A stretch of DNA of 56,363 bases, from contig JBGAQA010000010.1 of the NCBI GenBank assembly GCA_044220955.1, forward strand, positions 58,100-114,462, read 5' to 3'. The stretch is from Sandaracinaceae bacterium. GTDB taxonomy: Bacteria; Myxococcota_A; Polyangia; Polyangiales; Sandaracinaceae. Shown here piece by piece: positions 38,782 to 49,344 of this stretch; position 1 is the stretch's first letter; each line of letters starts with the position of its first letter. The notes below the pieces were generated by a model. That model was not told the origin of the DNA and ran no database searches. It saw only the letters and a program-made list of their open reading frames with translations. A program made the position numbers and the translations under genes.

Positions 38782-41217
38782 CTAATGATCGAGATCGTAG
38801 AACACGCTGTCGCTCGCGCCGGCGGCGATCGTGACGGTCCGGTTGAAGACGCGTCCGTCGCGGTCGACGATGCGCAGGCGCACCGTGCCGGACGGGACCG
38901 AGGCCTCGCCGATCGGCGTGGTGCCGAGCAGGCGCGGGCCCACGTAGACCTTCGACCAGGGGCGCGTGTTGATGGATAGGTGCGCGGGCGGAGCGACGTG
39001 GCGCACGGGGAGCACCACGTCGAGGCGCGCGGTCTCTCCGTCGACGACGTCGAGCTCGCCGTCGAACGAGCTGTGGCCCGAGGCCTCGACGTGCACCGCG
39101 TAGTGACCGACCGGCAGCTCGACGCCCGCGGCCGCCTGCGTCGCGTCGAGCACCTGCTCGCCGATGCGCACTGCGGCGGTCGGCACGTCGACCTGGACGA
39201 GCACCGTGCCTCGCGCGATCGCCGGCGGGAGGTCGGGGGTCGTCGTGCTCGGCGGCGGCGGCGTCGCTTCGGTGGGCGGTGGCGTCGCCACCACGGAGGT
39301 CGGCGGCGCGATCGCGACCGTCGTCGGTGGCGCGTCCCTGCCCGACCCTCCCGCCAGGAACGCCAGGGTCGCGATCAGCGCGACGCCGATCAGCGACGCC
39401 GCTCCGATCCACAGCGGCCGGCGCGAGCTCGGGACCTCCGCGGGCAGCTCCTCCTCGGACGGGATCGTCGCGCCCGAGATCGGCGCGGGCGCGGCCGGGG
39501 CCGGCGCGGGCGTCGGCGTCGGGGCGCTGCTCGCGGCGAGCGCCGGGTTCGAGCCCGTGATGCTCGCGAGCTGGCCGCCCGGGTGCTTCGAGAACGACAT
39601 CCCGAACGGCGTCGAGTCGACCAGCGGGCCGCGCTTGATCTCGTCCTCGAAGAGCTTCTCCATCAGCTCCGCGGTGCGCGCCGTCGTCACGGCCTTGCCG
39701 GTGCTCGCGAGCCAGTCCTCGAGCGCTTGCTGGAACTTCGCCGCGCTCGAGTAGCGGAGGTCCGCGGACTTCTCGAGCGCCTTCTGCACGATCTCCTCGA
39801 GCGCGGGCGGGACGTCCTTGCGCTTGCTGCTCATCGGAGGCGCCTTGTCCTCGATGACCGCCTTCATCGTCTCGTAGTCGTTGTCACGCTGGTAGAGCGT
39901 GTGCCCCGTGATCGCCTCCCACATGCAGATGCCCAGCGCGAACACGTCGGCGCGGCCGTCGATGCTCTTTCCGAGGCACTGCTGCGGGCTCATGTAGGCG
40001 AACTTGCCCTTCACCACGCCGGCCTCGGTCTTCGTGCTCGCCGACTCGGCCTTCGCGATGCCGAAGTCGAGCAGCTTCACGCGCCCGTCGTAGCTGACCA
40101 TGATGTTGTGGGGCGTGCAGTCGCGGTGGACGATCTGGAGCGGCGCGCCGTTCGCGTCGCGCGCCGTGTGGGCGTAGTGCAGCGCCTCGGCCACGGACGC
40201 GATGATGCGGGCGGCGAGCTCGACGGGGATGCCGCCGCTCGCGCGCGCGCGCCGCACGATCTTGCCGAGCGGCGCGCCCGAGATCCACTCCATCGCGATG
40301 AAGTAGGCGCCCTCGAGCCCGCCGAACTCGTAGATGTGGCAGATGTTCGGGTGCGAGAGCTGGATGGCGAGGCGCGCCTCGTCGAGGAACATCTCGACGA
40401 ACTTCGGATCGTCGGCGACGTGCGGCAGGATGCGCTTGATCGCGAGCAGTCGGCTCGCGCCGACCTGCGTCGTCTCGCGCCCGAGGAAGATCTCCGCCAT
40501 GCCGCCGAACGCGATGCGGCCGAGGATCTCGAAGCGGCCGAACATGCAGATGGCCGGGAGCTGTCCGCGCGCCGGCGCGGTCGGGCGGGGCGGCTCCGAC
40601 GAGGCCTTGGGCGGTGCCTCGACGTCGATGTCGAGCTCGTCGCTCGGCAGGCCGGCGTCCATCGGCGGGGACGGCAGCGCGGTCGGTCCGCCGTTCGCGG
40701 GGGCCGGCGGCAGGGGCGGCAGCGGCGTCCTGCTGCGCGGGATGATCGGGGCCGGCGCGTCGCTGCGGCGCGCGCCGGTGATCACGCTCGCTCCCGTGAG
40801 CTCCGGAACGGGCCGGTTGCCGACCTTGGCGGCGAGCTCGGGCGGGAGAGGCACACGGGGCGCGGCCGGGGTCGGCGCGGCCGGGGTCGGCGCGCCCGGA
40901 GCGGGAGCAGGTCGCGGGACGCTCGCCGCCGTCGCCGGTCGCGGGAACACGCCCGGCTTCGGTGTGGAGACGCCGCCGGGGCGCGGGGGCGGCACCTTCG
41001 GGCCCGGCGGCGCAGGAGCGGTCCCGGCCGCGGGCGCCGTCGGCTTCGCGGTCGGTGCCTCCGGCTTGCGCTCGATCACCGTCGATACGACGCTCTTGTC
41101 CGCGCCGGGCGGCGCGCTGTTCGGCACCGCGGATATGCCGCTCCCCTCGCGTGGACGGGGCTCGTCGCCTCCGCTCACTGCTGCGGATTTCGGGTCGGAG
41201 TCGGGCCGGATGCTCAA
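38782..41217 (-). CDS. Ser/Thr protein kinase with Pro-rich N-terminus, TM and PEGA-like C-terminal domains
   Basis: IAFGGMAEIF, AIKR, HRDCTPHN, DFGIAK, GKFAYMSPEQ-like motif (here PQQ), TM, INTRPWSKVYV...LGTTP. Confidence 0.9.
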   Translation of the reverse strand: MSIRPDSDPKSAAVSGGDEPRPREGSGISAVPNSAPPGADKSVVSTVIERKPEAPTAKPTAPAAGTAPAPPGPKVPPPRPGGVSTPKPGVFPRPATAASVPRPAPAPGAPTPAAPTPAAPRVPLPPELAAKVGNRPVPELTGASVITGARRSDAPAPIIPRSRTPLPPLPPAPANGGPTALPSPPMDAGLPSDELDIDVEAPPKASSEPPRPTAPARGQLPAICMFGRFEILGRIAFGGMAEIFLGRETTQVGASRLLAIKRILPHVADDPKFVEMFLDEARLAIQLSHPNICHIYEFGGLEGAYFIAMEWISGAPLGKIVRRARASGGIPVELAARIIASVAEALHYAHTARDANGAPLQIVHRDCTPHNIMVSYDGRVKLLDFGIAKAESASTKTEAGVVKGKFAYMSPQQCLGKSIDGRADVFALGICMWEAITGHTLYQRDNDYETMKAVIEDKAPPMSSKRKDVPPALEEIVQKALEKSADLRYSSAAKFQQALEDWLASTGKAVTTARTAELMEKLFEDEIKRGPLVDSTPFGMSFSKHPGGQLASITGSNPALAASSAPTPTPAPAPAAPAPISGATIPSEEELPAEVPSSRRPLWIGAASLIGVALIATLAFLAGGSGRDAPPTTVAIAPPTSVVATPPPTEATPPPPSTTTPDLPPAIARGTVLVQVDVPTAAVRIGEQVLDATQAAAGVELPVGHYAVHVEASGHSSFDGELDVVDGETARLDVVLPVRHVAPPAHLSINTRPWSKVYVGPRLLGTTPIGEASVPSGTVRLRIVDRDGRVFNRTVTIAAGASDSVFYDLDH

Positions 41218-41255
41218 CCCCTGGCATCATACCGGTCTTTTCGCGTAACGTGGAG

Positions 41256-42170
41256 ATGGTGCGGAACACCCCCGGATGGCTGGTCGTCGCCTTGGCGCTC
41301 GGGCTGACGCTGCCGGCGGTCGCGGTGGCCCAAGCGCCCACGGTCGACGAGGATCTCGCCGCGATCCGCGAGCTCGTCCTGCACGCCACCTACCGCGACG
41401 CGCTCGCGCGCGCGACGAGCTACCTCGCGCGCGCCGACCTCGACGCGAGCCACCGCGCCGCGGGCCTCGAGGTCCGCGCCACCGTGCAGCTCGCGCTGCG
41501 CGACGAGACCGGCGCGCGCACGACCCTCGCCGAGCTCTACGCTCGCGACCCCGGGCACCGCCTCGAGGATCCGGACGCGAGCCCGGTGGTGCAGTCGGCC
41601 TTCGCCCACGCGCGCGAGTCCGCGGCTCCGCTCGCGGTCGCGCTCGACGACCGCACGGAGACGGCGCCCACCACGCGCGGCACCCCGGAGGTGAGCGTGG
41701 CGGTCGGCGAGCACGGCGACGCCGTGCAGGAGCTGCGGGTCTCGTACCGCCGGGCCGGGGACAGCCGCTGGCTCACCGCGCTCGTGTCACCCGACGAGAC
41801 GGGGACGGCGACGAGCCCCCTCGCGATCAGCGGAACGGCCGGGGCAGCGTACGAGGTCGACTACCACGTCGAGGCGCTCGCGCCCTCGGGCACCGTCATC
41901 GCGCGGCTGGGCTCCGCCGACGCGCCGCTGCACATCGCGATGCCCGCGGCGTCCACGTCCGGCGACGCGCACTTCGCCGACGACGAGCACCCGGTGGTCC
42001 CGGCGACGCCGGGCGGCGGAGTCGAGACCGAGGCCTGGTTCTGGGTCGTGATGGGCGTGCTCGTCGTCGGTGCGGGCGTCGGCGTCGGCGTCGGCGTCGC
42101 CGTCGGCACGACGCCCACCGCGACGAGCGGCTCGCTCGACACCGTCACGCTCCCGCTGGTCTCGTTCTGA
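41256..42170 (+). CDS. Exported hypothetical protein (TPR-like N-terminus, C-terminal TM), ~304 aa
   Basis: GGAG RBS, signal peptide ending AVA-Q, C-terminal WFWVVMGVLVVGAGVGVGV. Confidence 0.7.
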   Translation: MVRNTPGWLVVALALGLTLPAVAVAQAPTVDEDLAAIRELVLHATYRDALARATSYLARADLDASHRAAGLEVRATVQLALRDETGARTTLAELYARDPGHRLEDPDASPVVQSAFAHARESAAPLAVALDDRTETAPTTRGTPEVSVAVGEHGDAVQELRVSYRRAGDSRWLTALVSPDETGTATSPLAISGTAGAAYEVDYHVEALAPSGTVIARLGSADAPLHIAMPAASTSGDAHFADDEHPVVPATPGGGVETEAWFWVVMGVLVVGAGVGVGVGVAVGTTPTATSGSLDTVTLPLVSF

Positions 42171-42182
42171 AGACCGCCCCGA

Positions 42183-44504
42183 TCAGATCCCACTCATCGT
42201 GATGCGGTACGCGCCGCAGGGGCACGTCGTCATCGTGGGGTCGTAGCCGTCGACGTAGAGATAGAAGAGGCCCGGCCCGAGCATGCCCGAGAAGGTCGAG
42301 TGCAGGCCCGCCGTGCAGCTCGGTGATCCCGAGCAGCTGTCGTCGTCGCACGCGACCTGCGTCGGCAGGGTCGCGTCGTTGCAGACGTTCCGCACGTAGA
42401 GCGTCGTGTCGTACAGCGTCGCGGCGTTGCAGGTGTTGATCGTCACGGGACGCGCCGTCGGCAGGTAGAAGTAATACACGCGGTCGGCGCCCAGCCCGGT
42501 CCCGATGTAGGGGCAATTCGCCGTGGTCGAGGACGCGTAGTCGTTCGCGAAGCCGCAGGTCGTGCCGTTGAGCTGCGTGGTCCCCGGGGCGACGAACGTG
42601 GGGTTTCCGCAGCGCTCCGACTCGGCCGCGGGCGGTGTGATGTAGATCTGGACCGGCACCATGGTGCCGGCGGCGGCGCTCGCCGTGTCGACGAACACCT
42701 GGTAGCTGCCCGCGGGCAGGTTGGTCAGGTGCAGCTGCGAGGTGTTCCGGGTGTCCGCGTCGTTGTTGCAGGCGACCTCGGTCCCGGTGCAGCTGCACGA
42801 TCGGACGTAGAGCACCGTGTCGACGCTCGCGCCGTGGGTCGTGATGAACACGTCCTGCACGCCCGTCGTGGTGAAGGTCAGCGAGAACTCCGAGCCAGCG
42901 CCCCCGCAGCTGCCGGTCTGGGTCGCGCCGGTGGTCATCGCGTCGTAGCGACCCCCGGTGCCCGTGACCGTGGTCGCACCGGGGCACGCCGCGCACGCGC
43001 CGCAGCCCTCGTCGACGCCGTTGACGCAGTTGTCGTCGACGCCGTTGCAGACCTCGGCGGGCGGCACGCACGCCCCCCACGCGCAGACCGGCGTGCACGT
43101 CTGTAGACCGGTCGAGCCGCACGTCGTCGTGCACGCTTGCGTGAGGCCGACCGCGCACGTGAAGCCCTCGTCGACCCGCGTGTCGCAGTTGTCGTCGACG
43201 CCGTTGCACGACTCCGCGGGAGGCGTGCAGGTCGCGCCCGCGAAAGAGCAGTCGGACTGACAGAGCTGAGAGCCCGTGCTGCCGCACATGGTGGTGCAGC
43301 TCGAGGTCGTCCCCGCGCAGCAGGTGAGCCCGGCGCCGTCGTCGCAGGTACCGTTGCAGTCGTCGTCGCGGCCGTTGCAGGTCTCCGCCGGCGGCGAGCA
43401 CGCGAGCCACGAGCAGGCGAAGCCGCACTGGTGCGTCCCGGTCATCGCCCCGGCCGCGTCGCACGCCGTGTGGCACGGCTCGATCGCCCCGACGCAGCAG
43501 GTGTTGGCCTGGTCGCAGACGCCGCTGCAGTCGTTGTCGATACCGTCGCAGACGTCGGGGACGCTCGGCGAGATCATCCGGTTCGAGTCGACGCAGTCCG
43601 TGTTCGGAACGCCGCCCACCGCCGCGCACATCGAGTCCCCGAACCCGTCCATGTCCGCGTCGCGTGTCTGGTGGGTGCACACGTCCGACGTCTCGTCGCA
43701 GGTGTCCGTCGTGCAGTTGTCGGCGTCGTCGCACGCGCTCGTCGCCGCCGCGCTGCAGACCGTCGCGACGCAGGTCTCCATGCCGTTGCAGAACAGGCCG
43801 TCCTGGCACTCCGAGTCGTTCGCGCATACGCGAGGCGGGCAGCCGAGGGTGGCGCTGCACGTGGAGCCGGTCGCGCAGAGAGCGTCGTCGGGCGTGTTCG
43901 CGCACGCCCCCGCGACGCAGGTGTCGTGCGTGCACGCGACGCCGTCGTCGCAGGCGAGGTCCGACGCGCACCCCGCGTCCGTCGGACCGGTGTCCGGTCC
44001 GGCGTCCGGGAGCGCCGTGTCCACGCCGGTGTCGCGCGCGCCCGCGTCGCCCGCGTCGCTCGGCCCGGCGTCGCGCACGCCGCCGTCGGTGCCGCCGACG
44101 CAGCGGCCGGCCACGCAGTCGACGCCGTCTCCGCAGCGCACGTCCGCGCATTCGGCGGGCAGGTCCACGACCACCACCTGCTCCGTGCCCGTCACGAACA
44201 TCGCGCCCACCACGCGCTGCACGACGAACGCCCCACCGTGCGTGCCCGTGACCGTCAGCGTCACGTGCGACGACTCGGTGGGTCCCGGACGCAGCGAGAG
44301 CGTCTGCGGGAAGCTGGTGATCGGGTACGAGCGATCGACGTTCGCGCCCGTCGTGTCGCCGTGGATCCGGATCGTCAGCCCGTCGACGCGCCCGGGGACC
44401 GGCAGCGGTGACGTGATGCGCACCAGGATCGACGTGGGGCCGGAGCACGCGAGGAGGCCCGCGGCGAGAGCCAGCAAGAGAGCCCGAACGGCGGCGCGCG
44501 ACAT
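42183..44504 (-). CDS. Cys-rich surface lipoprotein with repeated CxGxDDxC units and C-terminal PPC-like domains
   Basis: Lipobox LLAC; CDDGVACT, CDGIDNDC, CNGRDDDC, CNGVDDNC twice; DTVLYVR..C...EVACND-type modules. Confidence 0.8.
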   Translation of the reverse strand: MSRAAVRALLLALAAGLLACSGPTSILVRITSPLPVPGRVDGLTIRIHGDTTGANVDRSYPITSFPQTLSLRPGPTESSHVTLTVTGTHGGAFVVQRVVGAMFVTGTEQVVVVDLPAECADVRCGDGVDCVAGRCVGGTDGGVRDAGPSDAGDAGARDTGVDTALPDAGPDTGPTDAGCASDLACDDGVACTHDTCVAGACANTPDDALCATGSTCSATLGCPPRVCANDSECQDGLFCNGMETCVATVCSAAATSACDDADNCTTDTCDETSDVCTHQTRDADMDGFGDSMCAAVGGVPNTDCVDSNRMISPSVPDVCDGIDNDCSGVCDQANTCCVGAIEPCHTACDAAGAMTGTHQCGFACSWLACSPPAETCNGRDDDCNGTCDDGAGLTCCAGTTSSCTTMCGSTGSQLCQSDCSFAGATCTPPAESCNGVDDNCDTRVDEGFTCAVGLTQACTTTCGSTGLQTCTPVCAWGACVPPAEVCNGVDDNCVNGVDEGCGACAACPGATTVTGTGGRYDAMTTGATQTGSCGGAGSEFSLTFTTTGVQDVFITTHGASVDTVLYVRSCSCTGTEVACNNDADTRNTSQLHLTNLPAGSYQVFVDTASAAAGTMVPVQIYITPPAAESERCGNPTFVAPGTTQLNGTTCGFANDYASSTTANCPYIGTGLGADRVYYFYLPTARPVTINTCNAATLYDTTLYVRNVCNDATLPTQVACDDDSCSGSPSCTAGLHSTFSGMLGPGLFYLYVDGYDPTMTTCPCGAYRITMSGI

Positions 44505-44571
44505 CCGGCTCTCAGCATAACCGCTCGCGCCGCGCGGGGGAAACGATCCAGCGGCGCGCCAGGCGCCCGGA

Positions 44572-47301
44572 TCACGCCCGCGGGTCGCTCTTCACGCCGT
44601 AGCGCGCGAGCTTGTTGTAGAGCGTGTTGCGGGCCACGCCGAGGGCGCGGGCGGCCTGCGCCACGTTGCCGCCGCAGATCTTCAGCGCGTGCTCGATCGC
44701 GCGTCGCTCGATCGCATCGAGGGTCTCGAGCTCGGCGGGGCTCTGGGGCGCCGCCGGAGCCGAGGCCGGCGGCGGGTAGCTCGACCGGGACGGGGGCTTG
44801 TCCGAGCCCGGAGCGAGGGCCCGTCGCACGGACGCAGGCGTCTGCCGGATCAGCGTCTCACCCGCGGGCAAGAGGCTCGCGACGCCCTCGAGCAGGTTGG
44901 CGAGCTCGCGCACGTTCCCGGGCCAGGCATAGCGCTCGAGGTCGCTCATGACCGCCGGCGTGACCTGCAGCGACCGGCGGCCGCTCTTCTGCGCGAGCGA
45001 GTCGAGGTGGTGCTGCGTGAGGACCGCGACGTCGCCGCGTCGCGCGCGCAGCGGCGGCAGGCGTAGGTGAACGACGCGCAGCCGGTAGAACAGATCGAGG
45101 CGGAACGACCCCTCCTTCACGGCCTGCTCGAGGTCGCGGTGGGTCGTCGCGATCAGGCGCGCGCGCACGGGGATGGCGCGCGTGCCGCCCAGCCGCAGCA
45201 CCGTCCGCTCCTGCAGCACGCGCAGGAGCTTGGCCTGCATCTCGAGCGGCATGTCGCCGATCTCGTCGAGCAGGATCGTGCCGCGATCGGCGAGCTCGAA
45301 GCGCCCCGGGTGGCCCCGGGCGCGCGCGCCCGTGAAGGCGCCCGCCTCGTAGCCGAAGAGCTCGCTCTCGAGCAGCTCGCGCGGGATCGCCGCCACGTTG
45401 ACGCCCACGAAGGGCTGCGTCGCGCGAGGCGAGGCGTTGTGGATCGCCTGGGCGAAGAGCTCCTTGCCCGTCCCGCTCTCGCCGGTGACGAGCGCGGGGA
45501 CGTCGGCCAGCGCGACCCGTCGCGCGTCGGCGATCACGTCGAGGAACGCCGGGTCGCGACCGACGAGATCTTCGAACGTGAAGCGCGCCTCTTGCCCGAC
45601 GAGGCGGTGCGCGAGCTGACGCGCCCGCTCGAGCTCGGAGATCGTGGCGACGAAGCCGCCCGCGTAGGCACGCACGCGCACGAGCACGTCGACCTTCGGC
45701 AGGCGCACCGGCTCGTCCTCGAGGCCCTTGGCGATCGCGTCGGCCAGCGGCGCCAGGCCCGGGAGCGCCGCGAGGTGCGTGCCGGTCACCTCCTCGCGCA
45801 GGACGCCGAGCACGGCGGCCGCAGCGGTGTTCAGCGCGCGAACCTTGCCGCTCGAGTCGAGCGTGAGGATGCCCTCGCGGATGGCCTCGAGCGTGGCCCC
45901 GTCGCGGGCCGCGGCCTCGCGCAGCGCCGCCGCCGCGTGGGCGTTCTCGTAGGCGGCCGTGGCGACCGAGGCGAGGATCGTGAGGCGCTGCTCGTCGCGG
46001 GAGGCCGTGCCGCCGCGCGGCTGGCCGCCGCGGATGGCCAGGACGCGCACGCCGCCTTGCACGCGGATCGGGACCAGCGCGAGGCGGCCGGTCCCCTGCG
46101 CGATCACGAGCACGCTCGTCCCGCCCGACGCCTGCGCGAGCAGCTCCTGTGACGGACGCACGTCCTTGGTCCACGGGCCGACGCTCGAGAGCGTCACGAA
46201 GCGATCGCTCTCCCGCCGCAGGAGCTCCGCCGCGTCCCCTCCGAGGCCGAGCGCGAGGCGCGGCAGCTCCGCGTCGAGCAGCGCCGGATCCTGGCGAACG
46301 AGCAGCTCGCGGCAGACGTCGACGAGCTTGCCCATCTCCTCGCGATCGACGAGGGCGAGCTCGAGCGACGCGATGAGCTCCTCGCCCTGCGCGCCGAACG
46401 AGACGAGCAGGGCACGCAGCTCCTCGTCGAGCTTCTCGCTGTCCTCGCCGCGCGCTCGCTGGTCGCGGGCCGCGCCGGCGAGGTCGATGGCCCGCGCGCG
46501 CGTGCGCCGCGTGCCCTCGATGATCCGCTCGAGATCGGCGTCGACGAGGTGGTCGATCGCGCGGCGGCCGTGGCGACGGAACGCGCCGCGCAGCCGCTCC
46601 TCGTCCGCGGGCGTCCCGGCGCGCGAGATCAGCGGATGTGCACGCGCGAGCCAGCGCGCCGCGTGCTCCCGCGCACCGCCGAGCGCCGTCTCGATCTCCG
46701 CCATGAGCAGGTACGAGCGCCCGAGCTCCGCGACCGCGCCCAGACGCACGAGGCGCCACACGCCCGCGCTCAGCTCGTCGCGCGCGCGCCTCTCGTCGCG
46801 CCCCTCGGTCGCGAGCCACGCCTCCGCGCGCATCCGCCGCGCGCGCGCGCCGAGCAGCCCGGTGCTCTCGACCCCGTCGAGCAGCTGATGGGCCCGCGAC
46901 GCGTCGCCCGCCGCGAGCGCGAGCGCAGCGCGAGAGAGCCGCACGTACACGGAGTCGCCGGGGAGGTCGGCGAGGCGGGCCTCGGCCTCCGCCGTCTGGC
47001 CCAGCTGGCCGAGCGCCTCCGCCGCGATTCCTCGGGCGACCACGTCGTCGGGCGCGCGATCCGCGGCGACCAGCGCCCGCTTGGCGTCGCCGAACGAGAG
47101 AGCGACGAAGGCGGCGATCACCGTGTGCCGGTCGTCCCCGGCGGCCTCCTGGGCGCGCCAGATCGCCGCCTCGGCCTCGTCGCGCTGGCCCAGGAGCGCG
47201 TGCAGGATGGCCAGGCGCGCGTCGCGCTCGCGGCCGCTCGCGTGCCTCAGGCCCTCGAGGCGCTGGCGCAGGGGCTCGTCGCTCGCGAGCTCCGCGAGCA
47301 A
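44572..47301 (-). CDS. Sigma-54-dependent enhancer-binding protein (TPR-like + GAF/PAS-like + AAA+ + Fis HTH)
   Basis: GESGTGKE, ESELFGYEAGAFTGA, LLDEIG, RLDLFYRL, WPGNVREL, NVAQAARALGVARNTLYNKL. Start uncertain. Confidence 0.9.
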   Translation of the reverse strand: MLAELASDEPLRQRLEGLRHASGRERDARLAILHALLGQRDEAEAAIWRAQEAAGDDRHTVIAAFVALSFGDAKRALVAADRAPDDVVARGIAAEALGQLGQTAEAEARLADLPGDSVYVRLSRAALALAAGDASRAHQLLDGVESTGLLGARARRMRAEAWLATEGRDERRARDELSAGVWRLVRLGAVAELGRSYLLMAEIETALGGAREHAARWLARAHPLISRAGTPADEERLRGAFRRHGRRAIDHLVDADLERIIEGTRRTRARAIDLAGAARDQRARGEDSEKLDEELRALLVSFGAQGEELIASLELALVDREEMGKLVDVCRELLVRQDPALLDAELPRLALGLGGDAAELLRRESDRFVTLSSVGPWTKDVRPSQELLAQASGGTSVLVIAQGTGRLALVPIRVQGGVRVLAIRGGQPRGGTASRDEQRLTILASVATAAYENAHAAAALREAAARDGATLEAIREGILTLDSSGKVRALNTAAAAVLGVLREEVTGTHLAALPGLAPLADAIAKGLEDEPVRLPKVDVLVRVRAYAGGFVATISELERARQLAHRLVGQEARFTFEDLVGRDPAFLDVIADARRVALADVPALVTGESGTGKELFAQAIHNASPRATQPFVGVNVAAIPRELLESELFGYEAGAFTGARARGHPGRFELADRGTILLDEIGDMPLEMQAKLLRVLQERTVLRLGGTRAIPVRARLIATTHRDLEQAVKEGSFRLDLFYRLRVVHLRLPPLRARRGDVAVLTQHHLDSLAQKSGRRSLQVTPAVMSDLERYAWPGNVRELANLLEGVASLLPAGETLIRQTPASVRRALAPGSDKPPSRSSYPPPASAPAAPQSPAELETLDAIERRAIEHALKICGGNVAQAARALGVARNTLYNKLARYGVKSDPRA

Positions 47302-47724
47302 TCAGCCGGCTCCCGGATCCGCCGGCAGAAACGCGAGCAGTCGCACCCGGTTCCCCGAAGGATCACGGGTGCGATACTCGAACGCGCCCTCGGAAGAGAG
47401 CGTCGGCCCCGGCAGGGTCCGCTCGTCCCGCGTGTCGCGCGCCCAGACCTGCTCGAGCACGTCGATGGACACGTTGATCACGAGGCGCGGCCGGCCGTCG
47501 TCGGGGTCGAGGCGCTCGGCGCGGCAGAGCACGAGCTGGAAGCCCGGCCGCTCGAGCACGAGCTCCTCGGCGGGATCGCCTCCGGCGACGTGCAGGCCGA
47601 GCAGCTCGTAGAAAGGCGCCGCGGCGGCCGGGTCCAGCACGGGCAGCATCACGAGCTCGACCGAATGACGCGAGGTCTGCACGCGGAGCGAATCAGTGTG
47701 CTCGCGATCGGAAAGCGTTGCCAA
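47302..47724 (-). CDS. VOC/glyoxalase-like small protein
   Basis: LPVLDPAAAAPFYELLGL and RDPSGNRV motifs; the true start may lie downstream of 47724. Confidence 0.55.
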   Translation of the reverse strand: MATLSDREHTDSLRVQTSRHSVELVMLPVLDPAAAAPFYELLGLHVAGGDPAEELVLERPGFQLVLCRAERLDPDDGRPRLVINVSIDVLEQVWARDTRDERTLPGPTLSSEGAFEYRTRDPSGNRVRLLAFLPADPGAG

Positions 47725-47918
47725 GCACTTCTCGCCGGAGCGCGTGCTCGCCCGAGCGCAGACCGGGACGTCGCGAGCGCGACGGCGCGCTGGAAGGAGA
47801 TCGAGAGCGATCGCACGCAGGACGGAGGGTCGGCCGCCACGCCTCGGCGCGCCGAGCGATACTGCGCCGAGCCGCCTCCCGAGGTCCGGGACGGCCTCGT
47901 CGTCGCGAAGGACAAGTG

Positions 47919-49259
47919 ATGCACCGCCTCGCCCTCCTGCTCGTGTTGCTCGGCCTCGCTCCGGGCTGCGCAGAGGTGGCGCCGCGCGTGGTGGCGGACG
48001 GCGCAGCGGCCGACGCGGGGCGGCCCCCGGTCGATGGCAGCGCCTTCGACGCGCCGGCGGTGATGGACTCCGGAGCGCCCACCACGTGCTTCGGCGTCGC
48101 CTCGTCGTCGATGGCGCTGACCGTCGACCAGGCGGTCGCCGCCGCCGGCTGCTCGACGGCGGTCGCCGCGCCGCTCTCGCAGCAGCTCGTCGAGCAGATC
48201 AACTGCCTGGTCCCCGGGACGCTCTCGCGCATGGACGGGATCGCCGGCCTCTCCCTCGGCGCGTCGGTGAACCCTTGGCTCCAGACGCCCGCCGTCCGCG
48301 GGCTCGCCGCCGCGGTCGCCGCGCGCGGCGGGACGCTCTCGCTCAACTCGGCGCTGCGCACGCTGCCGCAGCAGCTGATGCTCTATCGCTGGTACCAGGT
48401 AGGCGCTTGCGGCATCACGCTCGCCGCCGCACCCGGCACGAGCCCGCACGAGAGCGGCCTCGCGATCGACACGAGCGAGTACAGCGCGTGGCAGAGCGCG
48501 CTCGAGGCGCACGGCTGGAGCTGGCACGGCGCGGGCGACCTCGTGCACTTCGACTACGTCGGCGGGGGCACGGTGGACCTCGCCGGGGCCTCCGTGCTCG
48601 CGTTCCAGACGCTCTGGAACCGCAACCACCCTGGTGACACGATCGCGGAGGACGGCGCGTACGGTCCGCAGACCGAGGCGCGCCTGCGCATGGCGCCGAC
48701 CGAGGGCTTTCCGATGGGGCCCGACTGCGGGACGCCGGTGCACGTGCCCTTCGCCGTCGACTGGGCGCTCGATCGCGGCGAGTACGTCTTCACCGCGAGC
48801 GCGTCTTTGGACACCGACGCCGTCGAGTACGTGGCGGACGGTCGCGTCCTGGGGACGATCCACCGCGCGACGAGCGCGGCGTTCTCGTTGCGCGCGGGGA
48901 TCTGCGACGACCGCATGGATCACGCGATCTCGGCGCGCGCGCTGGACGCGAGCGGCGCGGAGCTCGACCACGGCGTGGGGCTCTTGCAGGCGCGTCCCGA
49001 CGTGAGCGTCTACGTGAAGCCCGTCGACACCGCGACCTTCGAGGTGGGGCTCGAGCGCGCAGGCCCCGACCTCACCGCGATCGAGGTCGACGCCGACGGA
49101 ACGCCGGTGACCGACGCGACGAGCAGCACGGCGCACTCGAGCCGCCTCGCCGTTCGGCACACGTACTCCGCGCTCGGCGCGCGCACGTTCGTCGTGCGGA
49201 TCTACGGAGCGGGCGGCGCGCTCGCGGACACCCGCACGGTCGCGGTCACGCTCCGCTGA
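47919..49259 (+). CDS. M15-type (LAS) Zn peptidase lipoprotein with peptidoglycan-binding and Ig-like C-terminal domains
   Basis: Lipobox APGC; SALRTLPQQ, PGTSPHESGLAID, DLVHFD; FQTLWN...DGAYGPQT peptidoglycan-binding-like motif. Confidence 0.8.
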   Translation: MHRLALLLVLLGLAPGCAEVAPRVVADGAAADAGRPPVDGSAFDAPAVMDSGAPTTCFGVASSSMALTVDQAVAAAGCSTAVAAPLSQQLVEQINCLVPGTLSRMDGIAGLSLGASVNPWLQTPAVRGLAAAVAARGGTLSLNSALRTLPQQLMLYRWYQVGACGITLAAAPGTSPHESGLAIDTSEYSAWQSALEAHGWSWHGAGDLVHFDYVGGGTVDLAGASVLAFQTLWNRNHPGDTIAEDGAYGPQTEARLRMAPTEGFPMGPDCGTPVHVPFAVDWALDRGEYVFTASASLDTDAVEYVADGRVLGTIHRATSAAFSLRAGICDDRMDHAISARALDASGAELDHGVGLLQARPDVSVYVKPVDTATFEVGLERAGPDLTAIEVDADGTPVTDATSSTAHSSRLAVRHTYSALGARTFVVRIYGAGGALADTRTVAVTLR

Positions 49260-49344
49260 AGAGTGTCCCGAAGACGGGACGGCTCTTCTCGCGTAGCGAT
49301 ACGTCGCCAGTCGGTGGCTCCACTCGGATTCGCTCGGAGTGGAG

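Noticed and set aside
42950..43560. Regularly recurring DNA repeats resembling a CRISPR array (also 30480-31160)
   Set aside because: They are degenerate codon-level repeats of Cys-rich protein modules inside ORFs; no identical repeats with unique spacers and no cas genes.
47706..47724. Sigma-54 -24/-12 promoter (TTGGCAACGCTTTCCG on the minus strand)
   Set aside because: GG-N10 is followed by CG, not the required GC.
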